Origin: Chiloscyllium plagiosum
Taxonomy: Eukaryota
Direction of reading: 5' to 3'
DNA: 62,908 nucleotides
Assembly (NCBI RefSeq): GCF_004010195.1
Contig: NC_057751.1
Location: 6,704,863 to 6,767,770, forward strand
Part shown: one piece after another, positions 10,694 to 23,559 of the stretch
Numbering within the stretch: position 1 is the stretch's first letter
Layout of the letters: each line of letters begins with the position of its first letter
Translations under genes and position numbers: made by a program
The notes under the pieces: model-generated
The model's input: only the letters and a program-made list of their open reading frames with translations
What the model was told of the DNA's origin: nothing
Databases searched by the model: none

Positions 10694-13027
10694 TGTTATT
10701 GACCAGACCAGATCAGACTCCCTCAAATTATTTTAAGAAGGTAGCCCAGACCCTTACGTTTTCTTATTTTTAAGATAAATGTAAAGTGCTGTATTCCAGA
10801 TATAATGCAACTGGTCAAAGTACTTCGTGTACAGCTAAAACATAATTTATTAAAACACTATAGTTAAAATACAAGCAAAGAAAGAAGAATTGACAAATAG
10901 ACAAGGGTAGGTGAGGATCTGGAAACAATCATTATCACGAAAGAGGTAGTGTTGGGCAAGCTAATGGAGCTAAGGGTAAACAAGTCTCCTGGCCCTGACA
11001 GAATGCATCCCAGGGTACTAAAAGAGGTGGCAGGAGAAATGGCCAATGCACTCAAGGTAAGTTTCCAGAATTCTCTGGACTCTGGAGCCGTTCCAGCAGA
11101 TTGGAAACAGCAAATGTAATGCTACTGTTTAAAAATGGTAGACAAACGATTATAGACCGGTCAGCTTAACCTCTGTAGTGTGGAAAATCCTTGAGTCTAT
11201 TATCAAGGAAGAAATAGCAAGGCATCTAATTAGAAATTGCCCTGTAAGGCAGACATAGCATGGGTTCATGAAGGGTAGGTCGTGCTTAACTGATCAAGTG
11301 GAATTCTATGAAGACATTACGGGCATGACAAACAATGGGGACCCAGTAGATGTGGTGTATTTCCAAAGGCCTTTAACAAGGAGCCGCACAAAAGGCAGCT
11401 GCATAAGGTAAAGATGCATGGTGTTACGGGTAAAGTATTAGTATGGACAGAGGATTGGTTAACTAATAGGAGGCAAAGAGTGGGAATAAATGAGTGCTTT
11501 TCTGGTTGACAGTCAGTGCCGAGCAGTGTGCCCCAGGGATCAGTGTTGGGACCGCAATTATTCACAATTTATAGAGATGATTTGGAGTTGTGGACCATGT
11601 GTAGTGTGTCAAAGTTTGTAGATGACACTAAGATGAGTGGTAGGGCCAAGTGTGCAGAGGAATGTGAAACTTTGCAAAGGAACATAGATAGAACAAGTGA
11701 GCGGGCAAAGGTCTGGCAAACAGAGTACAATATTAATAAATGTTAAGTCATCCATTTGGTAAGAATAACAGTAAAAAGGCCTACAGTTTGAATGGTAAGA
11801 AATTAAAGCATGCTACTGTGCAGAGGGACCTGTGTCATTATGCATGAATCAGAGAAGGTTGGTCTGCAGGTGCAACAGGTAATGATAAAGGCAAATGGAA
11901 TTTTGTCCTTCACTGCACAAGGGATTGAGAGTGTAAAAGCAGGGAGGTTATGTTGCAGCTGTATCGGCTGCTGGTGAGGCCACACCTGGAGTTCTGTGTG
12001 TAGTTTTGGTCTCCTTTCTTGAAAAAGGATGTACTTTCACGAGAGGGGGGAACAGAGAAGGTGCACTAGGTTGATTCCAGAGTTGACGGGGATGGTTTAT
12101 GAGGAGAGACTGAGTAGATGGGGATTATATTCATTGGAATTCAGAAGAATGACGAGGGGGGGGGGGGCGGCACTTATAGAAACATATAAAATAATGAAGG
12201 GAATAGATAAGATAGAAATAGAGATGATGTTCCCACTGGCAGGTGAAACTAGGACAAGAGGGCATCGCCTCAAAATTAGCGGCAGCAGATTTAGGACTGA
12301 ATTGAGAAGGAACTTCTTCGCCCAGAGGGTTGTGAATCTGGAATTCCCTGCCCAGTGAAGTGGTTGAGACTTCCTCAGCAAAACTTTTTAAAACTAAGAT
12401 AGATAAATTTGTTGAACAGTAAAGGAATTAAGGGTTATAGTGAGAGGGCAGATAAGTAGAACTGAGGACATGAAAAGATCAGCCATGATCTTACTGAATG
12501 GCAGAGCAGGCTCAAAGGGCCAGGTGGCCTACTCCTGCTCTGAGTTCTTATGTTCTTATGTAATTTAGAATAATTTAACTGCACTGAAAAACTTAACCAA
12601 TGATTGTCACAGTAACTATTACTAATTAACTGTTGTAGTGTAGTAAGATTCCAGGAACACACCGGTTGGCAGAAAGATAAAATCAGGAAAACAGCTTTTG
12701 TTTCAAATACAATCTGGCAGCCTTGGAAGAGAACCCCCAGGTTTTACCTGTAATCGACAGGGGTAAAAATAGCTTCCACTTTTTCAAGTCCACAGCAGCA
12801 ACTGCTTAAAGTTAAACCTAAAAACTGGAAAAAAAAACCTAGAAATCCTGGTCTGACACAGCTGGGCACACCCATCCAGGCTGCTTCTATTGTTCCAATT
12901 TTAAAATATACTCACCAGCTGTTTACTCCAGGGGTTTTGGTAGGCTGCTCCACGCCTCTGCTTTACAACCTCTCTCAAACAAGAAAACCAGGGCAAAATA
13001 ATCCCTTAAAGCCACAGCATTGTCACA
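10694..13027 (-). mobile_element. Solo LTR (Gypsy-like), split by a CR1 insertion
   Basis: TG...CA termini; flanks GACC (10690-10693) and GATC (13028-13031), a 4-bp TSD with 1 mismatch. Both ends are homologous to the + strand LTR at 37476-38267 (GGGTCT.GGCTACCTTCTTAAAAT). Confidence 0.8.
10900..12562 (+). mobile_element. CR1 LINE, 5'-truncated ORF2 RT plus 3' UTR
   Basis: KSPGPD..HPRVLKE, QHGF-like segment, SVPQGSVLGPQLF, KFVDDTK, GLYSLEFRR, RTRGH; tail (GTTCTTAT)n. Confidence 0.95.
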
Positions 13028-13914
13028 GATCTCCTTTCTCTCTGTCTCCCAGCTACCCTCAATGCTGGAGACATATTCCATCACATTTCACCTTGCTCCT
13101 TGATCTTTGATCTTTGATTTTGACAGCTTTTGTGATAGCTGCCATAGTCTCCTGTTTGGTGCTGCCAAGTGCAATGACTTGCGAGCAGTTCCTGTCAGGC
13201 TTTTGTGCATTCTCGAAGCAAAATGCCTGTTGTGGTTCCACAGTCACTGTGGATTTTTCTCTCACTCCAAGCAAAGCAAATGTTCCAGTCTTTTACCTCA
13301 CAACCTCTAACCTGTAACACGTACAGGGCCAAATCTTCTGTGCAAGACGGGCAGAGACATCAAAGGAACCTTGCAAACCACCTGCCAAACTGCGCACCCG
13401 CACAATAGCCACAGACCGGCTCTCAAACGAAAAAGCAATTTAATTATCTTTTTACCTTCAAAACACCATTTGTTTTTATGAACAATTTACATGTTTATTA
13501 CATATACTTGCCATCTCTTCAGACTTTCTGGGCTCTGTTAAGGAGCCCCCATGTCGATAAACCACTCTTGATTTATTTTTTTAAATCTCCGACTGACACA
13601 ATTAATTTAAACAATTCCTTGAGATAAATGGAAACCTTTTGGCAATATGTAAAGATCAAAGACAGGTCAGTCATTATTTCAGTTTCCTCCGATCTACTTT
13701 GACCTTTATTGAATAAACACAACTTTACATTTTAACTGTAATTAATTCAGGTGATATTGATTTAATTTTACAGTGTTATACTGTTTTTCCAGGCAGGTTT
13801 TCCATTTATCTTACATTTAACATTTTTAACTCCAACCTAGAAGTTACATGTTCAACACTTACACCCTAAAACAGATGAATTTTAGATTCAGATATACATA
13901 ACATAACACAACAG

Positions 13915-14195
13915 CGTCATAGAATGCCGACAGTGTTGAAGCAGGCCATTCAGCCCGTCAAATCCACACAGATCTTTCAAAAAGCATCCCATCCAGACTC
14001 CCTCCGCTACCCTTGAAGCATAACCTTGCATTTATTATAGAAAATTCATCTAACCTGCACATTTTTGGACAGTTGGAGGAAACCCACACAGACATGGAGA
14101 GAACGTGCAAACGCCACACAGGCAGTCGCCTAAGGGTGGAATCGAACTTGGATCCCTGGTGCTGTAAGGCAGCAGTGCTAGCCACTCTGCCACCC
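13915..14195 (-). mobile_element. HE1-like V-SINE
   Basis: tRNA-like head GGTGGCAGAGTGGCTAGCACTGCTGCC..GTTCGATTCC, V-domain GTGTGGCGTTTGCACGTTCTCTCCATGTCTGTGTGGGTTTCCTCC, LINE-derived tail. Confidence 0.9.
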
Positions 14196-14778
14196 ACAGT
14201 CAGTTTTGTTCTTTCTCTCACTATCACTCTCCCTGTCCTTTTTCTCTCTTTCTCACTACCTTTCTCTCTCCCCCTCTCTGAAACTGAAATCAAATAGAGC
14301 ATTGACAGAATTTCTGAGTGAGTACACCTGAGGATCAGTTGTAGTCATGCCATGGTACGATTTTATTTGTTAATGTGGACTGGTGTTAAGAATGCAATAA
14401 CCAATTAATCCCAGGATGAAAAGATAATGTAATGTTCAACACTTGCTTTGCAGTGAAGAATGTTAATATTGATGAAAAGAAAGAATGCTGCCTTTCATCT
14501 TAACATCAGCAGGACAAATGAAAAAAATGCCAATTTTGTTTCATTTTTATAGATGAGGGGAGGAAATGAGTCAGCATTAGTCACAAAGACATTCCAGTTC
14601 AAATTTCAGAGACCACGTGCTGCAGTCAGGTTTCCTCAATACTGCAAAACGCATAATCTAGATGTGCTTCTCAGCTTGGAGACATAGCGATAGAGTTGAA
14701 ATGGTGTCAGAGACATGAAGCTTCAGGGCAGGAACGGTTTGTTATTGGAGTAATTTTTGACAACTGTAAGGCTGAATT

Positions 14779-15396
14779 AAGACCATAAGACCATAAGACA
14801 TAGGAGCGGAAGTAAGGCCATTCGGCCCATCGAGTCCACTCCCCATTCAATCATGGCTGATGGGCATTTCAACTCCACTTACCCGCATTCTCCCCGTAGC
14901 CCTTAATTCCTTGTGACATCAAGAATTTATCAATTTCTGCCTTGAAGACATTTAGCGTCCCAGCCTCCACTGCACTCTGTGGCAATGAATTCGACCAGGC
15001 CCACCACTCTCTGGCTGAAGAAATGTCTCCGCATTTCTGTTCTGAATTTACCCCCTCTAATTCTAAGGCTGTGTCCACGGGTCCTAGTCTCCTTGCCTAA
15101 CGGAAACAATTTCCTAGCGTCCACCCTCTCCAAGCCATGTATTATCTTGTAAGTTTCTATTGGATCTCCCCTTAATCTTCTAAACTCCAATGAATATAAT
15201 CCCAGGATCCTCAGCCGTTCCTCATATGTTAGACCAACCATTCCAGGGATCATCCATGTGAATCTCCGCTGGACACGCTCCAGTGCCAGTATGTCCTTCC
15301 TGAGGTGTGGGGACCAAAACTGGAATCAGTACTCCAAATGGGGCCTAACCCTGAGCTTTGTAAAGTCTCAGTAGCACATCAGTGCTTTTATATTCC
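14779..15396 (-). mobile_element. Young CR1 LINE 3' fragment
   Basis: MIPGMVGLTYEERLRILGLYSLEFRRLRGD..RTRGHSLRIRG; intact (TAAGACCA)n tail; CpGs retained. Confidence 0.95.
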
Positions 15397-16474
15397 AGTG
15401 CTTTTAATTGACGTGCTTCTGAAACGTCCTGATGGATGGTTTCTACTTCGCTATCACTGAATTTAATTCGAGTCTTTTTGTTCTGGAGTGCTCAAAGCCA
15501 GTTTGATTCCAGGACAATCACTCTCTGGCACCAAGTTGTCGGTCTATCCTTAGCAACAATGTGGATTCATAAAGCACCTTTAATAAGTAAACATCTCAAG
15601 CTGTTTCACTGGAGTGTTATCGGAAAATAAATGACATTGAAGCCCTCCAGGAAATACTGAGGCACATGTCTCTCCGACCACATCTGGACTTAAGTTTTAA
15701 GAAGCAGCTGAAATTCAGAGATGTTTATGGAAGAAACTGCATATTTTAGGGCCTACGCAACTGCAGGGAAATTCGCCAGTGTCGGTGCAGTAAAAAGCAG
15801 GGAAGTTGAAGATGTCAGAGAATTTGAGGGTCTGGGTGACAGCAAACAGTTACAGGGTTGGAGGTGTACAGTACAGATAGGAGCTAAGTCACGTGCAGGT
15901 TGAAAACAAAAAGAAGGATAATTTACACATTGTGTATTGCTCAACATGTCACAATTGGTGAGAGGTTTTTCTACCACATTGAATCTATTCCCATTCAGAA
16001 CGTTATAAACTTGAAACCAGGTTACTGAAGTACATGGAATTTCAGCACACATTTCTCTTCTTCTATGTTATCAAGATGTGCCAAAAGTTCTCTTCTCTTA
16101 TTTGGATTGCTGGTATAATATCCTGAATGCATACTCTCTTGAACAGTTAGACTTACAACAGCATTCCATGGCTGTTGTAAATTTGACCAGTCTCTGGATG
16201 CAAGATTATTTAATTTGATCTGTTAATTAAAAATAACAGGCAAAATGTTTCACTATTTTCTGGTTTTTTTGCATTTGTTAGATTACTGGTGAAATTGGTC
16301 GATTTGTTCAAAAGTAATTTTTGTGCAACCTGTTGAACATTTGTTGGTTCAGTTGGAGGCCATTTGGCTTGCAGTGCAGTGTAAACTCCACAAATCCTAA
16401 TCCCAGTTTCTTGTGTTTTCTTCTATTCTGTGATAGAAAGTATGTGACTTATGTATATGTCTGAATATCACTTA

Positions 16475-16646
16475 GAAACCAGAAGTAGTGGTGGATGCAG
16501 TTACAGTTAAAACATTTCAAAGACATTTGGACAGGGACATGAATAGGAAAGGCTTAAATGGAAATGCACCAAATGCAGGCAAATGGGAAACTTGGTTGGC
16601 ATGGGTGGGTTGGACCGAAGGGTCTGTTTCCTTGCTGTATGAGTCT
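16475..16646 (+). mobile_element. CR1/HER1 3' end fragment
   Basis: VVDAVTVKTFQRHLD and tail GGACCGAAGGGTCTGTTTCC..CTGTATGA. Confidence 0.8.
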
Positions 16647-16894
16647 AAATACAATTTATTTAAGATATTGGGTTTTGAATTTGTGGGTTTTGGTCTGTGT
16701 ATATGGGAGAGTTTAATTATTAACTTGCCAGAAGTTCTGGAGCGACTGTATTTTTTAAACTACTGTGGGAGAGAGAGAACTCCTAGGGTGATAATGGATT
16801 TGTTTGCATTAGGCGAGTTTCACAGGTCAACAGACTGAACACAGAAAAGCGCTTGTTTGCTTTCAATATGAAGGGTGAGGAATTGATTTTTATT

Positions 16895-18860
16895 TTAACT
16901 TTGGGATCAGTTTTAACACTGGAAGAAATCAACAGTAAACCAGAATTTCAGAAGAGTCAGGGGGACAGAGATGAGTGTAGTGGCCGTCAGGAAGGAGAAG
17001 GTGCTGGGAAAGCTAAAAGACCTGAAGGTGGACAAGTGATCTGACCAGATAGACTACACTCCAGAGTTATGAAGGAGCCAGCTGAGGAGATTGTGCAAAC
17101 ATTGGTGGTGATCCTTCAGAAAACCCTGGAGTCAGAGAGGGTGCAAAAGGAGTGGAAAATGGCTCAAGTTGTGCCTGTGTTAAATTAGGGAGGGACACAG
17201 AATTCAGGAAACTGTAGGTTAGCCTGACATCAGTCATTGATAGGATTTTAGACTTTATGGAGTATTTGGAAATACAGCATAATTAGGGTTGAGTAAACAT
17301 GACTTTGTCAAGGTGAGGTCATGCCTGGCAAATCTGTTAGAAAACTTTGAGGAGGTAACGAGCAAGTTAGGCCAAGTAGAGCCAGTGGACACGATCTATT
17401 CGGATTTCCAGAAGGCCTTTGACAAGTTGCTGCACAGGAGACTGCGAGACAAGATTAGAGCCCATGTGATGAGGGCAAGGTGCCAGCATAGGTAGAGTAT
17501 TGGCTGATTGGCAGAGAGCAGAGAGTAGGGATAAAGAGACCTTTTTCAGGATAGCAGTCAGTGTTTTCCATTTGTGACCCCAACTATTCATGTTATACTT
17601 TAAAGATCTGTACAAAGGAACTGAAGGCATTGTATTGAAGTTTTCAAAATAGCTGGAGTATGCTGAGCAACCAGCGAGGCTGCAGAAGAACTTGAACAGG
17701 CTAGGAGAGTGTGCAAAGAAGTGGCAGATGGAAAACAATGTGGAAAAGTGAGATTCTGCGTATTGGTGGAAAGAATAGAATAGTTTTCTCGAAGTGAGGA
17801 AAAGCTGAGAAATCTGAAACACGAAGGAACTTAAGTTCAGGATTCCACAGTGGCTTCATGGTTAGCACTGCTGCCTCACAGTGCCAGGGACCCAGGTTCA
17901 ATTCCAGACCTGGCAGACTGTCTGTGTGGTGTTTACATATTCTTCTGCCTGTCTGCGGTTTCTGCCGGGTGCTCCAGTGTCTTTGCACTATCCAGAGATG
18001 TGTAGATTTGGAGGATTGGCCATGCTAAATTGCCCCATAATATCCAGTAACGTGTCGGTCTGGTGGATTTGCCATGGTAATTGCAGGGCTACAGAATAGG
18101 GTGTGAAGTCTGGGTCTGGATGGGATAGTCTTCAGAGGGTTGGTGCAGATCTGATGGGTTGAATGTCCTCTTTCCCACTGTCAGGATTCTATGATTCTCA
18201 TAAGGTTAACATGCAGGTTAAGTTGACAGTTAAGAAGTCAGACGCAATGTTAACATTCATTTTGAGAGATCAAGAATACCAGCACGAGGATATCTTATTG
18301 AGTCTGTATAAGGCTCTGGTCAGACTGCATTTGGGATTCAGTGAGCAGTTTTGGTTCCCGTATTTAAGGAAAGATGCATTGGCGTTGGAGGGGTCCAGAG
18401 GAGATTTGCAAGAATGATCCCTGAGTTGAAGAGACTCTGGGTCTGTACACAATGCAAAATGGAGGTGGTGGTGGTGGGGGTGAGGGTGAGATCTCATTGA
18501 AATGTTCAGAATACAGAGAGATCTGGGTTGGGTGGACATGGACAAGATGTTTCCATTAGAAGGACAGACTCTGACCCAAGGGCTCGGTTTCAGAGTGGAC
18601 GGACAATCCTTTAGAACTCAGGTGAAGAGAAATTTCTTCAGCTTGCAGATGGTAAATCTGTGGAACTCATTGCTGTAGAAGGCTGTGGACGTCAAGCCGT
18701 TTCAGATAGAGATAGATGGTTTCTTGATTGTTTAAGGGATGAAGGGTTACAGGGAGAAGGGAGGAGGATGGGGTTGAGGAACAAGTTAGCCACGATTGAG
18801 TGGCAGAGCAGACGCAAGAGGCAGGATGGCCTTATTCTACTCCTATATCTTATAGTCTTT
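16895..18860 (+). mobile_element. CR1 LINE ORF2 remnant, degenerate, interrupted by a SINE
   Basis: HDFVKVRSCLANL, DFQKAFDK, LYKALVRLHL; CR1 3' UTR near 18770-18860. Confidence 0.9.
17846..18198 (+). mobile_element. HE1-like V-SINE
   Basis: GGTTAGCACTGCTGCCTCACAGTGCCAGGGACCCAGGTTCAATTCC head, V domain, tail GGATTCTATGATTCT. Confidence 0.88.
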
Positions 18861-19384
18861 TATTGTTAAAATGATATCTGCAGCATTGCATGCTGGTATT
18901 TCAGTGAAATAACAATAGAACAAATCTGACTTGTCCAGGAATATCTCAACGAATATGCTACAAACTCTTTCGTAGTCCTATTTGACCTTTAACAGGTATC
19001 CCCTCAGTTTTCTCCTTGACCACAAAGTATTGAATTTTAACCTTTCAGATACGTTAGCCACCATTGCTACCAAGCAGGCAACAGTTTATACTTTATCCAT
19101 TTTCTTTTCAATCAGCTTCTGTTGATTGGTGATAATGATGCTAACATAGTTTGAATCCACCTGGCTTTTTATCCTGCTTGTTGACTGTTAAACTTAAGGC
19201 AGTTAGCTCAGTTGCAGACTGAAAAACAAAGTGTAAATGTTTGCAAAGATGAGTAGCATCAGGGCAGTATGAAGCTGCAGACAAAGTTGGGCACCAGAAG
19301 AGAAAATTGCTTGGAATGGCAATATATGAATTGGGAAGGGCAAAAATATAAATGGACAAAATCACAGCAGCTGTTGGTGTCTGG

Positions 19385-19620
19385 TGGAGCGAAATTGATT
19401 TATTTGCATATATTGTCGTGATGTTTTGGCATTTGGGAAATTGCCAGAAAGATTAAGCATTGTTTCAGCTTAAAAAGTGGGTAATGCCTTTTAATTTTTG
19501 CTACACAGGATTTGCATTATGTTGTAATAGCTCACCATCTGCTATCGGCAACATTTGTGCTTAAAATGCAATTCGGCATAATTTAGTGCAGAGTGATCAG
19601 CAACTTCAATAAAAATGGAA
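19385..19620. promoter_or_regulatory. Candidate conserved non-coding element or enhancer
   Basis: No repeat recognised; TGATTTAT (19396-19403), two ATTTGCAT octamers (19402, 19510), CATTGTT (19458). Conservation not tested. Confidence 0.3.
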
Positions 19621-20164
19621 AAAAATGTTTCTGTTCTGATAAACTTTAAATCCCACAGACAACTATAAAAGATCTCAAAGATGAATATTTTGCAATCGTA
19701 TTTTTAGCCAGTTAGGCAAGGACATCCTGTTGGAACTTTCCACAATATCTTTTGTCCAATATTATGCATTCAGATGACAAAAGCCTGAAACTATATGATC
19801 ATTTGTGCCTTACTCTTGTGCACCAGCAATCTCACCCTCCGCAGAGCGACATTGACAGAGGATGCAGAAAAGAACAAACTTGGACTGGGGATAAGATTTG
19901 AGAAGATTTTGAAAGCTCCAAGAAACTTCAAAACATCATGGTTAATGGGAACACAAATAAGTTCTGACTGGTACAGATAATTGGAAATGATTTTTCAAAC
20001 ATCAGTGTCAGCTATAGTACCATTTATTTGGTCTTTAGCTATGGGTGCATTTGCTTAATGAAATAACGTGATCAAACATTCTGATAAACTTGAGTTTGAG
20101 GAATTTCAGTTACCGTTCCTGTGCAAAAATATAAATGGTATTGAGGTAGGAGTTGGAAATGGAA

Positions 20165-20560
20165 GAATGATTTGCATTTCTGTGTCCCAAAGTGTTCCAA
20201 AACTATGAAATATATTTTAAATATCGTCACTATTGCAATATAAGAAACATAATGACCAACTTGCATGCACTCGGTTCTGACAGACCACAACATAATATGA
20301 CCAGATAATCAGTTTCATGTGATATTGATTGAAGATTAAGTAATGACCGAGAGTCCTGGGGTCAAGTCTACACTCTTTTTCATATTCCTGTCATGGATCT
20401 TTCATTTCTGTTTGAGAGAAGAAAAGGATCTTGATTCAACTTCTTGACTGAAAGACAGCCTCTCTGATCATGCAATCCACAGATTTCATGTTGTTGGAGT
20501 AGGACTTGAATGGACAGCTTCTAATTTGGAGGTGAAAGTGGTACCAATCGAGGCACAGCT
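20165..20560 (-). mobile_element. Old Deu-domain SINE (SacSINE1/AmnSINE-related)
   Basis: Degenerate GTCATGGATCTTTT...CTGAAAGACAGCCTCTCTGA..GGAGTAGGACTTGAA layout, resembling the reverse complement of the Deu core and tRNA head. Confidence 0.6.
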
Positions 20561-21042
20561 GGAAGCAGAGCAGGTGTTGCATTGATAGCTTTCAAGCAGT
20601 CGCATGGAAATGGTGTATGTTATGTATGTTATAAATTAGTCATCTTTTATTGGTTCTTACTTCTGCTATTTACAGTTTGCTTAGCATAATTTAAATTAGA
20701 ATATATTGTTAATAATAGCATGTGAGCTGTTTGAACACTGGTGTATTATTTGACTAAGTTAGCAATAATCTTTTGAAGACTCTTCTTTTATGTTAACCTA
20801 GCACCGTTGTGCTTTGGAAAAGCAGAGATTGTATCTGTGAAAGTTAAAGTTGCATTTTTAAAAAAATTAAAAATCAGAGGTGGGCACCACCTTCAATGGC
20901 AAGATTAACATTTGTATCCCTATTGGCCCTTGAGAAGGTAGCGGTGATTGCATGTTTCAAACATTTACATTTACACAATGGCATGCAAATCTTCAAATGT
21001 TCTAAAACACTTCACAGGTCAGGCAGCATCCAAGGAGCAGGA

Positions 21043-21080
21043 GAATCGACGTTTCGGGCTTGAGCCCTTCTTCAGGAATG
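21043..21080 (-). ncRNA. Minimal hammerhead ribozyme motif, core intact
   Basis: Minus strand CATTC-CTGAAGA-AGGGCTCAAGCCC-GAAAC-GTC-GATTC; palindromic ACGT stem III, short imperfect stem I. Confidence 0.75.
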
Positions 21081-21349
21081 AGGAAAGTGTGTCCAGCAGG
21101 CTAAGATAAAAGGTAGGTAGGAGGGACTTGGGGGAGGGGCGTTTTTTGTCCGCAAATTGTCCACAATTTCCCTCCCAGATGTAATCGACGATGCCCTCCA
21201 CCGCATCTCCTCCACTTCCCACTGGACAGCTGGAGGAAGAGCACCTCATCTTCCGCCTAGGAACCCTTTCCACCTATCGCATTTCCAACGCCCCTCCCCC
21301 AAGTCCCTCCTACCTACCTTTTATCTTCGCCTGCTGGACACACTTTCCC

Positions 21350-21387
21350 CATTCCTGAAGAAGAGCTCATGCCCGAAACGTCGATTC
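21350..21387 (+). ncRNA. Minimal hammerhead ribozyme motif (stem II mismatch)
   Basis: CATTC-CTGAAGA-AGAGCTCATGCCC-GAAAC-GTC-GATTC. Confidence 0.65.
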
Positions 21388-22834
21388 TCCTGCTTCTTGG
21401 ATGCTGCCTGACCTGTTGCGCTTTTCCAGCAACACGTTTCCAGCTCTGATCTCCAGCATCTGCAGTCCTTACTTTCTCCTAAAACACTTCACAGTCAATT
21501 ACATGCTTTTGTAGTGTTATCACCATTTCAATATAATGTACAGCAACAAAAGGATCTCAAAGAGTCACCATCAGTAACTGAACTCCTGAAAAAAAGATAA
21601 TGGCACCTATGTTAATGGTAAGGTAGGTTCCAAGCAGAGTACTTGAATTACGTGCAAGTATACTCGCTATCAAATCAAATTCTGATTTTAAATTAGACTA
21701 ACCGATTTACATATTTTCTTCCTGATCCCGAGAATCAAGCAGACGTGATGCGCACTGGCAATGATGCAATTTCAAGGTGGATTTGTCAGTGCCAGTGTCA
21801 AAATTAAATTTGGAGGAGCTAGGCGGTGTTTTAATGTTGCACAAAGTTTTGGTGATTCTTCCTTTGAATTGTGCCTGAGCATACTCAGGAGAAAGAGGGA
21901 CATGCTGTTGTTCTGAAACAGGAAGCATAAACCTACTATTCCGAGTGCCTTTGGAGGAGGTGCAGGAGAGGACCTGGACTTCCAGGTCTTGGGTACAGTG
22001 CAGGAAACAATTCAACAAATAACCAGGTCAGGAGAAGTGAGCACTGAATGATTGACTTGCTGTGAACAAACAACCCACCCCATCTCCATCTTGCCAAGTA
22101 TATTTCATCACAGCAGTCCTCGTACCCATCATGTCTTCAGCATTACGCAGACTTCACTTTATGTTACTCCATACTTCTACATTTATTCATCCTGTATATT
22201 GATTGTGGTGTGATAGATGCCCTCACCGAACGCACTGTTCTTTCTTTCACCTGGGAGAAGAGCATGCAAAGTATGAGAGGAAGGTCTACCATAAATAATC
22301 CAGTTCGTCACTGCGGAGACTAGAGTCACGGAGATAATTATCACGTTTGAATCCATCTCAGTGGATGTTGTAGACACTGAGAATTTGCATATATTTTGTG
22401 ATAGTATTTTTAAGAACAGTCTTGACACACAGGCCAACTTCATTTCATCAATGACTCGATTATGAGAAAGCAGAGTCTGACAATTGTCAAGACAGTTATT
22501 TTTTAGGATTATTTGATGTGATTTTCTTCAGTCTTGCAAAGTCTTCATATGCAGAACAAGAGCCTGTGGGCATGCAGGATGACAATTGCTGAGGGGTGTT
22601 TATTCATTCTGAGGATGCACCATCCCAGCCCATATAGCCATCTGAGTTCACACACTTTGATGAGCCCAGTTAGACAATTAATTTGGCTTTCACCTGCTGA
22701 TTCATTATTCACAAGTGAGCACAATAGAAACGGATGAGGTGACACAAAACTCTTTCTGTTAACCACTTGAAGTTTTGAGATTATTTTGTTACCACCCATC
22801 TCTGCAGAGGTTAAAGGTTTAACCAAGTGGTCTG

Positions 22835-23045
22835 AGTTGACTGAGTTTAATTCATTGCCACAGAAAGCTTTGGAGGCCGTGTCGTTGACTGTGTTTAAGA
22901 TAGTGATAGATTCTTGATTGTCTAAGGGATCAAGGGTTATGGGCAGAAAGCAGGAGAATGGGGTTGAGAAACGTATCAGCCATGATTGAAGGCAGAGTAG
23001 ACTTGATGGGCTGAATAGCCTACTTTCTGCTCCTGTGTCTTATGG
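22835..23045 (+). mobile_element. CR1 3' end fragment
   Basis: AATTCATTGCCACAGAAAGCT..ATCAGCCATGATTGAA..CTGCTCCTGTGTCTTATGG. Confidence 0.85.
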
Positions 23046-23559
23046 ACTTGTTCCTGGATGAATGAAGTGGAATTGTCCAAGGACAGCAGATGTAATGTGT
23101 TGCTGAGTAGGCTCTGATGGTATGTATAGTGCAACACAACCTGAAAATGTTTTGTTTTGATCCTGAGTCAAATATCCAGGTTGTGAAGGAAAATACTTAT
23201 CCATTTCTGACATTTTTTCATGACAGTAGATTAAACAGAGGAGTGGCAGATGTTGAGAAGCCCTTGATTTTCATGCACTAATACTATGATGTTCATGTTG
23301 AGCACAAAATTGCTTTCTTATAAGGTGCCCATGAGGCTTTGTACACGTCAATTGGATGCAATTTATTTCCTTGTACCCTTAGTCCTGATCATCCTGTTGA
23401 TTGTTCAAATGATTACCAACTTGGCCTTTAACATAAAGCATTTCCATTCGGTAGAAGCACTTGACTTGAGGATGATAAGTACCCAAGCAAAACTCAACAT
23501 CTTTCTGTGAACATGTTGTGCAATGTCGGATCCAGCCTGACATACTCTCACTCACCACT

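Larger units (their letters stand above)
21018..21480 (+). mobile_element. Fold-back PLE insertion with stitched internal ORF fragments (family D)
   Basis: Inverted arms about 21015-21143 / 21287-21414; TSD (CT)AAAACACTTCACAG at 21002-21017 and 21479-21494; the centre holds an RT-linker piece and LEEEHLIFRLGT. Confidence 0.92.
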
